From a bacterium (GTDB lineage Bacteria > Oederibacteriota > PGYV01 > Palsa-1178), in the NCBI GenBank assembly GCA_037138355.1, contig JBAXIL010000011.1, positions 1-42,504 on the forward strand: a DNA stretch of 42,504 nucleotides. The letters are read 5' to 3'. Position 1 is the stretch's first letter, and every line of letters starts with the position of its first letter. The position numbers and the translations under genes were made by a program. Below are positions 1 to 8,459 of the stretch, one piece after another. The notes under the pieces are model-generated. The model had not been told where the DNA came from and did no database searches. It saw only the letters and a list, made by a program, of their open reading frames with translations.

Positions 1-392
1 GTAATTCTACCACCAGTAATAGAACCTCTAATTTTTAAAGTCAAATTAGTAAATTTGCTTAAATCAACTGGTTCGGCTTTTCCTGGGCAACCACAGTTCT
101 TGCCTAAAGTTACTCCCATACCCACATAATCCCAACCGAGCTTATTTCCAGTTTTTCCCTGCATGCTTGCAACATATGTATTTTTTAACTTTACCATTTC
201 AAACTTGTTAGGTGCAGGTGTGACTTCAGAGTTGCCGCCTGATGATGCATCATTATAAATATACCACCATCCGCCAATCGAGGACTCAGCTTTTCCTCCT
301 GTAAAATCATCTACTACAAATTTCTGTTCTGATGCTAATACAAGTACCGCTGACATTACTACAAGAGCCACTACAATTAAAAACTTTTTCAT
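1..392 (-). CDS. Secreted CBM11-like carbohydrate-binding domain protein, 3' end outside the window; missed by the ORF track
   Basis: Manual translation from ATG at 392 (AGGAGG at 399-404): MKKFLIVVALVVMSAVLVLASEQKFVVDDFTGGKAESSIGGWWYIYNDASSGGNSEV...QGKTGNKLGWDYVGMGVTLGKNCGCPGKAEPVDLSKFTNLTFKIRGSITGGRI. Signal peptide, and aligns by eye with the domain in 552..1352. Confidence 0.85.
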   Translation of the reverse strand, partial: MKKFLIVVALVVMSAVLVLASEQKFVVDDFTGGKAESSIGGWWYIYNDASSGGNSEVTPAPNKFEMVKLKNTYVASMQGKTGNKLGWDYVGMGVTLGKNCGCPGKAEPVDLSKFTNLTLKIRGSITGGRI

Positions 393-428
393 AAAAAACC
401 TCCTATTTAGTTTTTTTTCATATATATA

Positions 429-472
429 ATAACCCTTTAAATCTACCCTGCTGGTATATTTAATGGGGTTAT
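429..472. repeat. Imperfect intergenic inverted repeat (stem-loop)
   Basis: ataaccc-t-ttaaat-c-tacc-ctgct-ggta-t-atttaa-tg-gggttat; three paired segments of 7, 6 and 4 bp. Confidence 0.6.
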
Positions 473-551
473 AAAGTACATTTAAAGCTTTCAATAATCA
501 GGTGAACTCTTCTGCTCCACAATCATCACAAAAGACAAATTAAAACTATTC

Positions 552-1352
552 TTAAAATAGCTGTAAATCATCTATCCATATATCAACAAAATGTCCTTTT
601 CCATCTACATACTGCCACTTTAAAAGATTTGCATTGGCAAGGACTTCATCCATGCTTACTTTATGTTCTGGTTTTGTCCAATTTGGCTGCTTAAAGTCCT
701 TAGTAAAAACCAACCTTACAATTTTCCATTTTGTACCTATATCCTTTGTTATGTCTGATTCAAAATCTTCATAATCAGTTAAACTTTTACAGGTAAACAG
801 TTTCTTATCTAAAGCACTACCTTCGTGAGGAATTATAAACATTACCCTCCCCAATTCCACAGAACCTTTGATTTTAAATTCTATGCCACGAAACCTTCTT
901 AAATCTATGCCGTCGCAACGCGGACAAGCTGAATGTTCACTCAAGAAAGCATTTACCCCTATATAAGCAGAACCGAGTTTAGTTCCAGCCGTACCAGTTA
1001 TTCTAACAGCATAACCACGCCCTCCATAACCAGGCTCACTTTTCACAAATAGATTTTCACACGATGTTGATGCTGGAGGCCATACCTTAGAATTGCCACC
1101 ATATCTATGATCATCATAAGTACACCAGATACCACCGAGTGAATTACACTTCGTGTTTGAATTATTGTAGTCGATTTTCATATACATTCCAACTGCCGCT
1201 ATAGCAAGAAGAGCCGCAAAAACTGGCAGGAATTTTATATTAAATGATACTTTTGATTTTTTTTCAGTTATTTTTTTTAAAAGAAGTTGTTTTAAAAAAT
1301 CTTTATTTTTTGTGAGTTCAAAACCTTCTAATTTATTATATTTTTGGTCCAT
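552..1352 (-). CDS. Putative anti-sigma factor: short cytoplasmic N-terminus, one TM helix, extracytoplasmic CBM11-like domain
   Basis: Starts 1 nt after the ECF sigma stop. Basic ~40-aa N-terminus, TM FLPVFAALLAIAAVGMYM, then GGIWCTYDD...GGNS...DLRRFRGIEFKIKG...WKIVRLVF..DFKQPNW...DIWIDDLQLF (galactose-binding-like CBM11/CIA30 pattern). Confidence 0.75.
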   Translation of the reverse strand: MDQKYNKLEGFELTKNKDFLKQLLLKKITEKKSKVSFNIKFLPVFAALLAIAAVGMYMKIDYNNSNTKCNSLGGIWCTYDDHRYGGNSKVWPPASTSCENLFVKSEPGYGGRGYAVRITGTAGTKLGSAYIGVNAFLSEHSACPRCDGIDLRRFRGIEFKIKGSVELGRVMFIIPHEGSALDKKLFTCKSLTDYEDFESDITKDIGTKWKIVRLVFTKDFKQPNWTKPEHKVSMDEVLANANLLKWQYVDGKGHFVDIWIDDLQLF

Positions 1353-1353
1353 A

Positions 1354-1986
1354 TCACTTGACCTCCTTTTCCATTTGTTCTTCTACCTCTACAATGCCTG
1401 AGTCAAAAAAAGGTTGCAAACCTAATTTTTCCTTAAGCATTTTTATGCCCCTTGATAATACCGACTTTATGGTTCCTTCTTTAGAATTAAGCATTAATGC
1501 AATTTCTTCTATTTTTAATTCTTGATAGAATCTTAATATTATCACTTCTCGATATTTTTCAGGTAGCGTACCCAACACTTTATTGACTCTTGCTAAATCA
1601 CCATTTTCATCAAGTTTTTCTTGAGCCTGCATTATCTCGGCTTCAAGATCCTTATGTGAAGCTAATTCAGGCATATTAAATACTTCCATAGCTTCTTCCA
1701 TAGAAGACGGTTCATATTTATTATGTCTGTAATACATTTTAATTTCATTTATCGCTATACGGTAAAGCCACGAAGAAAAAGGTGCGCCTGTCCACTTAAA
1801 CTGCCATAAGTTCTTTAGTGCTTTAAAAAAAGTTTCGGACACCAAATCCCGAGCTATTTCCACATTCATAGTCCGATAAATACAATAATGTAATAATTTA
1901 TGATAATAAGCCTCAAAAATCTTGCCAAATGCTTCAGGATTTGTTCTGGCTTCTTCAACCAGTTTTTTTTCAATGTTTTTATCCAA
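1354..1986 (-). CDS. ECF-family sigma-70 factor
   Basis: Region 2 (DLVSETFFKA, FSSWLYRIAIN) and region 4 (LPEKYREVIILRFYQELKIEEIA...GTIKSVLSRG). TTG at 1986 preferred over 1992 because AGGAG (1994-1998) is then 7 nt away. Confidence 0.95.
   Translation of the reverse strand: MDKNIEKKLVEEARTNPEAFGKIFEAYYHKLLHYCIYRTMNVEIARDLVSETFFKALKNLWQFKWTGAPFSSWLYRIAINEIKMYYRHNKYEPSSMEEAMEVFNMPELASHKDLEAEIMQAQEKLDENGDLARVNKVLGTLPEKYREVIILRFYQELKIEEIALMLNSKEGTIKSVLSRGIKMLKEKLGLQPFFDSGIVEVEEQMEKEVK
1380..1418 (-). promoter_or_regulatory. Candidate ECF-dependent promoter inside the sigma 3' end, upstream of the anti-sigma gene
   Basis: TGCAAC-CTTTTTTTGACTCAG(15 nt)-GCATT-GTAGAG-GTAGAAG; matches the copy at 2023-2062. 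Confidence 0.65.
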
Positions 1987-2022
1987 ACACAAGCTCCTTT
2001 TAATTAGGAAAAAGAGTAAATG

Positions 2023-2062
2023 CTTCTACATATTGTAATGCGTGGAAGGAAATAACGTTGCA
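2023..2062 (-). promoter_or_regulatory. Candidate ECF autoregulatory promoter upstream of the sigma gene
   Basis: TGCAAC-GTTATTTCCTTCCAC(15 nt)-GCATT-ACAATAT-GTAGAAG; AAC-containing -35 typical of ECF promoters. Confidence 0.7.
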
Positions 2063-2065
2063 GAA

Positions 2066-4897
2066 TTATCTTATTAAAACAAACATCTTAATCTTACTTT
2101 TTGACTCTAATCCTGATAATCCTTTCTGTTTTACTATATATAGGTATGTTCCCGTTGCCAAATTTTTTAGCGATTCTTTATTTATTGTTTTCACTACAAT
2201 TCCTGTCGAGCTACTACCACCTAACTCTATAACTTTAACCAATCTAAATGCTCTAGTGTAAATTAATGCTTTGATACTGGATGATGCTTGAACCACATCT
2301 ACTCCAAGCTTCAAATCATACAAATCAGGATTTATAGGATTAGGATATGCAATAACATTGACTGAAGCAACAGTGGCTGTTGCTGTTGGAACTACTGGTG
2401 TTGCAGTATCTTGCTGCGTTAAAGTTATAGTAATAGTTGCTGTTGACGATATTATAGGTGTATTTGTAGGAGTGTTCAGTAGTGTTTTTGTAACAGTCAA
2501 AGTGATTGTTCGAGTAATCGTATTTATAGGCGTGCTTGTATATGTAAAAGTTTGAGTACCTGTTTGTATAACTGTCTGCGTACCTGTTAAATTAACTGTT
2601 TGAGTAATTGTTTGCGTAATTGTTTGAATATTTGTTTGTGTAACTGTTTTTGTATAAGTAGCTGAACCAATTGGAGTTTGCGTAATCGTAGGCGTAATTG
2701 TGTTCGGAATGATTTTCACATTATCAACATCTACCACATAATCATTTGAATAATTATTCGTAAACTTAATATAATTTATTGTTGTCTGACCAACACCCAA
2801 CAAAACAGATAATGGTATTAGGACTGTCTTCCATGTGGTAGTAACTGCTCCACCCTCTACTAAATATGTTGCCACATCTAAATTAATTGTATTTCCTGGG
2901 TCAACACCCACATCAAACTGTATGACAGGATTTGCGCTTGATGAATCCTGCTTGACATTAAAAGTCAGGTACATTTGTCCTGCAGTTGATTTTGGATTAT
3001 TTAGTGTCCAGGTATGTTGCTGCCACCAACCTGTCACAGTCGTATATGTCAATAGCATCATATTTGCAGGATTGCCACCTGTTGTTTGTGACATTACTCC
3101 AGGAGCACTACTTCCAATGGTTCCATCTGATATAGTCGCACCTGCTGTATCACCGTCATATATTATGGCAGCAGTAACTACTGGGGTTGATGTATAAGTT
3201 TGAGTTGCAGTAAATGTTTTTGTAATTGTGAAAGTCGGTGTGGCTGTCCAGTTTGGTGTATTTGTAGGAGTTCCACCAGTTTTTAAAACAAAATGAAAAG
3301 CAGAATATGCTGGGACAGAATACGAAAAAGAGTTTCCTGATAAAGACGGAGCTGTTCTTGCTGTAATGGTGGAACTTGCCCCACCAAACGCCCATGCTTC
3401 TGCCAACATATAAGTCTGAGGGCTTGTAATAGAAACATTTGCCGTTTGTGCAGTACTCGCTTTATTTAAAACAATTATATGAAGCACTGAATCATCTGTT
3501 CCATTAATCGAAGCATAAGTAGTCATGTTTGGAATATCATTTGATTCACAATATACTTTTGTATCTCCGTAAGTACTTTTCGAACCATCATAATTTCTAA
3601 AGAGTTTATATGCGGCTGAATGAAATAAACCATAAGCAGTCTTCCATAAAGTTGCCACATACACTCCATATTTTCCATATATACCAAGAGCATCCGCAGT
3701 AGCAATACCTCCAGAAAAATCATTACCACCACCAAACGCATGTTCAGTAAATGATATTTTGGTTCCTGGATAATATGTGTCTATCGCTTGTTGTACTTTT
3801 GGTATTATTGGCAATGCCACTCCACACCACTCACCCACAGAACTATTTTCAGTAAAAGTTGAATCCCATAAAGATCTGGGTGCCTGAAGCCTTGTTTGTT
3901 GTGCCAATGTGGAAGTACAGGCATCTTCAGTAATTCTACACTGACCACTTGAATAATTAAAAGGAGGCGTTAGACCTTCTCTTGCTTCAGTATAATAATG
4001 AATATCTATAACATCCAAGAGCCGTCGTCCATCAGTTACGCTCGCTTGTTTCATTTTGTCAAGATAATATTCCACATACCAAGCGTGAGTGCCTTTAACA
4101 GTATTCCAATCACTACCCTGTGAAATCATGGACCAAACGCCAAAAAATACAGGTCCCATCATTTGAGCATATTGATCGACATCTTTTACTGCTTTAGAAA
4201 GGTCAATCCCTCTATTCACCCATTCTGCCGCTCCAACTGGAGTCGGATGTATGCGTGGATGAGAACCATCCCATATATCACCTTCATTATCTAATTGATA
4301 AAACTTTACGCCGTTTGGTCCCCATGCATTCCCGTAAAGACTAACCAGCCATGCCACTTCCTCATCATCATAAACATAATTGTCCGTCACATCTGGAGGA
4401 TAAACAAAGGCACTGCCTTTTTTCGGCAGAACAATTTTCCATCTCGCCGAAGGAGCGCTTTCAGCTACTGTTACTTCACCATTCTTATCAGCAGAAGTAT
4501 ACCCAGCCATAGGAAGTGTTATAATAGAAGCATAATTATGAGCAATATTATAATCCACAAATTTTTTAAGTACTATTCCTGGTTGACTGTCACAGTTTGC
4601 ATTTGAAATACCATCATTTGAACACATAAAATAGTCACTAAAACTATAATGAGTACTCGGCGCAGGTTCCCAATCTCGACCAGAATTTGAAGCGTTATTT
4701 TCCCAATTATATCCAGTCATGCGATTTCCACCCAGACGCATAATGGTAAGATTTTCATCCCCTTCCATTTGCTGGTTGGTTCCATAAATATATGGGCTAA
4801 TAGCAAGTCTTGTATTATTAGTGTTAATTGTTATATTGATAGCATATAAAGCAACTGTCCATACAACAAAAAATACTATTAACAAATGTTTTTTCAT
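2066..4897 (-). CDS. Secreted GH44 endoglucanase/xyloglucanase with Thr-rich tracts, internal CBM-like module and YPNP C-terminal sorting-like domain
   Basis: Signal peptide; ISPYIYGTN, RLGGNRMTGYNWENNASNSG.DW, LDNE (acid/base), RLLDVIDIHYY, YYPGTKISFTE (nucleophile); internal beta-sandwich (WKTVLIPLS...VDVDNVK); C-terminal AYPNP...LATGTYLYIV. Confidence 0.9.
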   Translation of the reverse strand: MKKHLLIVFFVVWTVALYAINITINTNNTRLAISPYIYGTNQQMEGDENLTIMRLGGNRMTGYNWENNASNSGRDWEPAPSTHYSFSDYFMCSNDGISNANCDSQPGIVLKKFVDYNIAHNYASIITLPMAGYTSADKNGEVTVAESAPSARWKIVLPKKGSAFVYPPDVTDNYVYDDEEVAWLVSLYGNAWGPNGVKFYQLDNEGDIWDGSHPRIHPTPVGAAEWVNRGIDLSKAVKDVDQYAQMMGPVFFGVWSMISQGSDWNTVKGTHAWYVEYYLDKMKQASVTDGRRLLDVIDIHYYTEAREGLTPPFNYSSGQCRITEDACTSTLAQQTRLQAPRSLWDSTFTENSSVGEWCGVALPIIPKVQQAIDTYYPGTKISFTEHAFGGGNDFSGGIATADALGIYGKYGVYVATLWKTAYGLFHSAAYKLFRNYDGSKSTYGDTKVYCESNDIPNMTTYASINGTDDSVLHIIVLNKASTAQTANVSITSPQTYMLAEAWAFGGASSTITARTAPSLSGNSFSYSVPAYSAFHFVLKTGGTPTNTPNWTATPTFTITKTFTATQTYTSTPVVTAAIIYDGDTAGATISDGTIGSSAPGVMSQTTGGNPANMMLLTYTTVTGWWQQHTWTLNNPKSTAGQMYLTFNVKQDSSSANPVIQFDVGVDPGNTINLDVATYLVEGGAVTTTWKTVLIPLSVLLGVGQTTINYIKFTNNYSNDYVVDVDNVKIIPNTITPTITQTPIGSATYTKTVTQTNIQTITQTITQTVNLTGTQTVIQTGTQTFTYTSTPINTITRTITLTVTKTLLNTPTNTPIISSTATITITLTQQDTATPVVPTATATVASVNVIAYPNPINPDLYDLKLGVDVVQASSSIKALIYTRAFRLVKVIELGGSSSTGIVVKTINKESLKNLATGTYLYIVKQKGLSGLESKSKIKMFVLIR

Positions 4898-4918
4898 GTA
4901 TCACCTTTCCGAGTAAAA

Positions 4919-6889
4919 TTAATTCTTTTTAATAATTAAAAATGTTCCTATTGTTGATCGTTTCTTTTTACCTGATAAGTTTGTTGATTCTATCACATAA
5001 AGATATGTTCCTGTGCTTAAATTTTCAAAGTTCTTTGAATCAATTATTATCACTTTACGACCAACCTGCTGTGCTCCAAGCTCCACACGCTTAATCGCTC
5101 TAAATGCCTGTGTATAAAGAATAAATCTAACAGCGCTGACCTCTTCTTTTAAATCAAAAGCAATAGTCATAGCTCCAGTGCTATATGGATTTGGATAAAT
5201 AATAACTGCTGGTACTGCACCTGTCACAGGAGTAAAAGTTGCTGTTATAGTAAAAGTACTTACTGGCGTACTGTTTGTTGCAGTTATTGTTGTAGTACTC
5301 GTTGCAGTCAGCACAGGTGTTTTGGTATATGTCAGTGTAAGTGTTTTAGTGAATGTATTTGTTGGTATTTGTGTTTGTGTTTGTGTTTGTGTTTGTGTTT
5401 GTGTTTGTGTTGGTGTTTGTGTTTGTGTTTTTGTATTGGTGTTCGTCACAGTTGGTGTGTTTGTTTTAGTTGAAGTTGCAGTGCTACAATTAAACACATT
5501 TATTAATTCGTCTTTTGTAGTCACAAAAGAGTGTGCATAAACCGCTTGCACATGTGCAAGAGAGTTCTGTGAAGTATTATTTTCATAACCATTCCATGTC
5601 AAAAAATATGCCCAATAAGCATGTTGCGCTACTAATAAATCCATATCAGGTATAGTTCCAGTTTCTGTTAAAGCTACTATCTTTTTGCCTTCAACAAGAT
5701 TAACAATATTATAAAACATCGCTGTAGATGGGCCATAGTTTAAACCAGGTAAATAAATGTCAGCACCCACAATATCTACATAAGAGTTTCCTGGATACCA
5801 ATTAATAGACTCTGCATTATCCTGTGTCGTCCACACCCATATAAGATTATTTAATCCGTGATAGTTTGTAAGTCTGTCATAAACAAGGTTATAAAGTTGC
5901 ATGCATGCAGCGTAACCCTGCGCTCCCCACCAAAACCAACCACCCTGCGATTCATGTAATGGTCTCCAAAGAATTGGCACACCCGCATCACGCAATCTTT
6001 TTAATTGAACGGCTATTGCATCTATGTCTCGAATTATATCTGCATAGTCCTGTGAAGTAGGATTATCCATCGCATATTTAACATCAAAGGTGGAACATGT
6101 ACTATAGAAACCTCTCCACCATTCACAACCAGCAGTATTGGAAAGTTTATTTGGAGCATTCCAGTGCCACTGAAACTGAACAATTCCGCCTGATTGATAC
6201 CAAGCAATAGCTCTTTCAACTTCCATAGGATCTGTTGCTCCATTTTCCACTCTGGAAGGCGAATAATCCATCATATCAAAACCCTGAATAGCTGGTGAAT
6301 AAGTTGTAGCAGTGTTAATCCATGTCGCATCTGCATCTCCACATTGACCCGAAACAATGCTATTGCCATAAGAATCCACAAGAAAGTTCATTAAACATTT
6401 TGTACTTTGAGTTGCGTTTGAGTTAACCAAAGTTTTTGCTACACTTAAAACTGGCAAAACCGCTGCTTCCACGCCAAACCAATCAAGATAAAAATATCCC
6501 CAGTTCTTAACTATTTTTAAAGTATTGTTTCCTGCATTGAGAGGTACGATTCCAGCATTAACAGAGGACCAACCAGATGTTGCTGGAAATGTAACATTTG
6601 CCTGAAAATTGTCATTTACATATAGGTCATTTGTTTTCTGACCAGATGTGGCAGCATAGCCGAGTGTTATATCATACATGCCGGCTGTTGCGACATTGAC
6701 AGTGACCTCGCAGGAATCACCGTCATTATTCCAGTCAGTAACATAGCCAGTTCCTTGATAACCAGAAAGAGTAGTGCTAATTACCGTTCCATTAAGCACC
6801 CCATTTTCAGCCTGATATATAACAGGAACAGCGATAGATAAATTATAGGAAAATATAATAAATAATATAGACCACAACGACCTTTTCAC
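4919..6889 (-). CDS. Secreted CBM35-GH26 beta-mannanase with Thr/Gln tract and YPNP C-terminal domain
   Basis: GTG start at 6889 with GAGGTG RBS (track start 6934). CBM35 (YQAENG...GYQGTGYV...LNAGNNTLKIVKNWGY); GH26 motifs WHWNAP, LWRPLHE..GGWFWWG, NNLIWVW, YPG..YVDIVG.DIY, ALTETG. Confidence 0.92.
   Translation of the reverse strand: MKRSLWSILFIIFSYNLSIAVPVIYQAENGVLNGTVISTTLSGYQGTGYVTDWNNDGDSCEVTVNVATAGMYDITLGYAATSGQKTNDLYVNDNFQANVTFPATSGWSSVNAGIVPLNAGNNTLKIVKNWGYFYLDWFGVEAAVLPVLSVAKTLVNSNATQSTKCLMNFLVDSYGNSIVSGQCGDADATWINTATTYSPAIQGFDMMDYSPSRVENGATDPMEVERAIAWYQSGGIVQFQWHWNAPNKLSNTAGCEWWRGFYSTCSTFDVKYAMDNPTSQDYADIIRDIDAIAVQLKRLRDAGVPILWRPLHESQGGWFWWGAQGYAACMQLYNLVYDRLTNYHGLNNLIWVWTTQDNAESINWYPGNSYVDIVGADIYLPGLNYGPSTAMFYNIVNLVEGKKIVALTETGTIPDMDLLVAQHAYWAYFLTWNGYENNTSQNSLAHVQAVYAHSFVTTKDELINVFNCSTATSTKTNTPTVTNTNTKTQTQTPTQTQTQTQTQTQTQIPTNTFTKTLTLTYTKTPVLTATSTTTITATNSTPVSTFTITATFTPVTGAVPAVIIYPNPYSTGAMTIAFDLKEEVSAVRFILYTQAFRAIKRVELGAQQVGRKVIIIDSKNFENLSTGTYLYVIESTNLSGKKKRSTIGTFLIIKKN
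5368..5427. repeat. Hexanucleotide tandem repeat (TTTGTG)7-TTGGTG-(TTTGTG)2 encoding TQ repeats in the GH26 linker
   Basis: Counted directly; the minus strand reads ACA CAA (Thr-Gln) repeats. Confidence 0.9.
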
Positions 6890-7047
6890 AAGACACCTCA
6901 AAATTATTTTAAACATTAATAAAAATAAGCACATATAATATAACAGAATTTTGTAAGTTGTCTTGTCATATTTTGTATATATTTGAAATATTACTATATG
7001 ATACTAAAAAACAATAAATTGTTTTCTAAAAACCATTACCCGCCATA

Positions 7048-8433
7048 CTACCAGCCCAACTTTGTCAGAAGATTTGCATCTATCCAAGTTTCAAGTGCAT
7101 TAGCAAGCTTCGTATGACCTGGTATTAGTGGATGCGTATTATCTCCAGCATATTCATTTGCGTTTAGTGGAAACCCTGTTGTAATTGCAGGGTTATTTAT
7201 AGCCACATAGTATATGTTGGCATCGCCACCAGAATTTTTTGCAGTAACTACATTTGAAATATACTGACCTGCTTTTGTTCCAACCCAGTTTGGTAAAGGT
7301 TCTACACAAACAATCTGAGCAGAGGCATACTGTGCTCTCAAGTATGTTAAAAAATTTGAATATGCGTTTTCAAAATCGGACTGAACCAAACTCAAATCAC
7401 CAACGGACGCGTCATTAGTACCCAAAGCTAAAATAATAATGTCTGGCTGCCATGACGAAGTATTCCACTTCGTAGAGCCCGCAGATGGGGACATTTCAAA
7501 ATATGTGTTAGGATATATATCAGTAATAGTATTCATAGGAGTACAACCATTACAATTTCTAAACATCCCCAAACCACCTCTTGATATGGTTCGCCACTCT
7601 GCCCCATAATGACGAGCAATCTGAACTCCATAAGTCATGCTGCCATTTTGTATACAAGTTCCCCATGGGCAATAAGCATCTGGTGTCGGTACAGCTGCTT
7701 GATATTCATTTACAGAACCGCAAGTTATTGAGTCTCCTATTATTTCTATTTTTCTTGTTGTCTTAGTTCCTGGATCAACAAGGACTTTACCATAATCAAG
7801 TCCAAACCCTTTGAAAACATTAATACCTCCAGAACCCTCTGTTCTACGAACAACAATTATTGTATGCGTTGTATCAGCAAGACCTGTTATTCTTATCGGA
7901 GTTTGTGTCGCAACTGCATGATTTGAATCGTAATCATTTCTTACTTCAAATTTCGTAAAATTACTCGCGGTTACTGTATCGTCAATTGCATAAGCATACC
8001 AAGAATCCCATCCTGATAAATTAATTGAAATGCTCGTTCCTTCAAACTTTGTCAACATATATACAGTTCCCCAGCCATTTTGTGGAGCAGCAGGATTCGT
8101 GAAATCCCATCTTCCATAATATTGAATTTTTGAATCGTTTTTTATAGGCGTAGTAGTAATAGTAGGTACAGGAGATGCGGTATAAGTAGCCGTTGCAGTT
8201 AATACAAGAGTTGTAGTTGAAGTTGAAACCAAAGTAGGAGTTTTTGTCCTTGTCCATGTTACTGTAGGACTGTTGTAAATAACCACTGTTGTCGTTCTGG
8301 TGTTTGTTACTGCTGGAGTTCCAGTAAGATCACTTGGAGCAAGTGCGTGAGTTATACGCTTTGAGCAAGAAAAACTTACAAACATCAAAATCACAGAAAC
8401 AAGTAAAACCTGAGCATATCCTTTTAGCTTCAA
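7048..8433 (-). CDS. Lipoprotein SGNH/GDSL esterase, CE2-like (acetylxylan/glucomannan esterase)
   Basis: Lipobox-like VSFSC; Thr-rich tract; CE2 N-domain (IQYYGRWD, FEGTSISI, RRTEG); KIEIIGDSITCG, PDIIILALGTND, THP. Confidence 0.82.
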   Translation of the reverse strand: MKLKGYAQVLLVSVILMFVSFSCSKRITHALAPSDLTGTPAVTNTRTTTVVIYNSPTVTWTRTKTPTLVSTSTTTLVLTATATYTASPVPTITTTPIKNDSKIQYYGRWDFTNPAAPQNGWGTVYMLTKFEGTSISINLSGWDSWYAYAIDDTVTASNFTKFEVRNDYDSNHAVATQTPIRITGLADTTHTIIVVRRTEGSGGINVFKGFGLDYGKVLVDPGTKTTRKIEIIGDSITCGSVNEYQAAVPTPDAYCPWGTCIQNGSMTYGVQIARHYGAEWRTISRGGLGMFRNCNGCTPMNTITDIYPNTYFEMSPSAGSTKWNTSSWQPDIIILALGTNDASVGDLSLVQSDFENAYSNFLTYLRAQYASAQIVCVEPLPNWVGTKAGQYISNVVTAKNSGGDANIYYVAINNPAITTGFPLNANEYAGDNTHPLIPGHTKLANALETWIDANLLTKLGW

Positions 8434-8459
8434 AAATCACCCCCAAGAATTTGTAAATC

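Noticed and set aside
2358..2555. Val-rich plus-strand ORF (likewise 2835..3197, 5322..5540 and 9741..10052)
   Set aside because: Antisense shadows of Thr-rich coding tracts (ACN codons read as GTN); no RBS and fully inside real genes.
5368..5427. Repeat tract as a possible CRISPR array
   Set aside because: 6-bp tandem units with no spacers, inside a coding linker.
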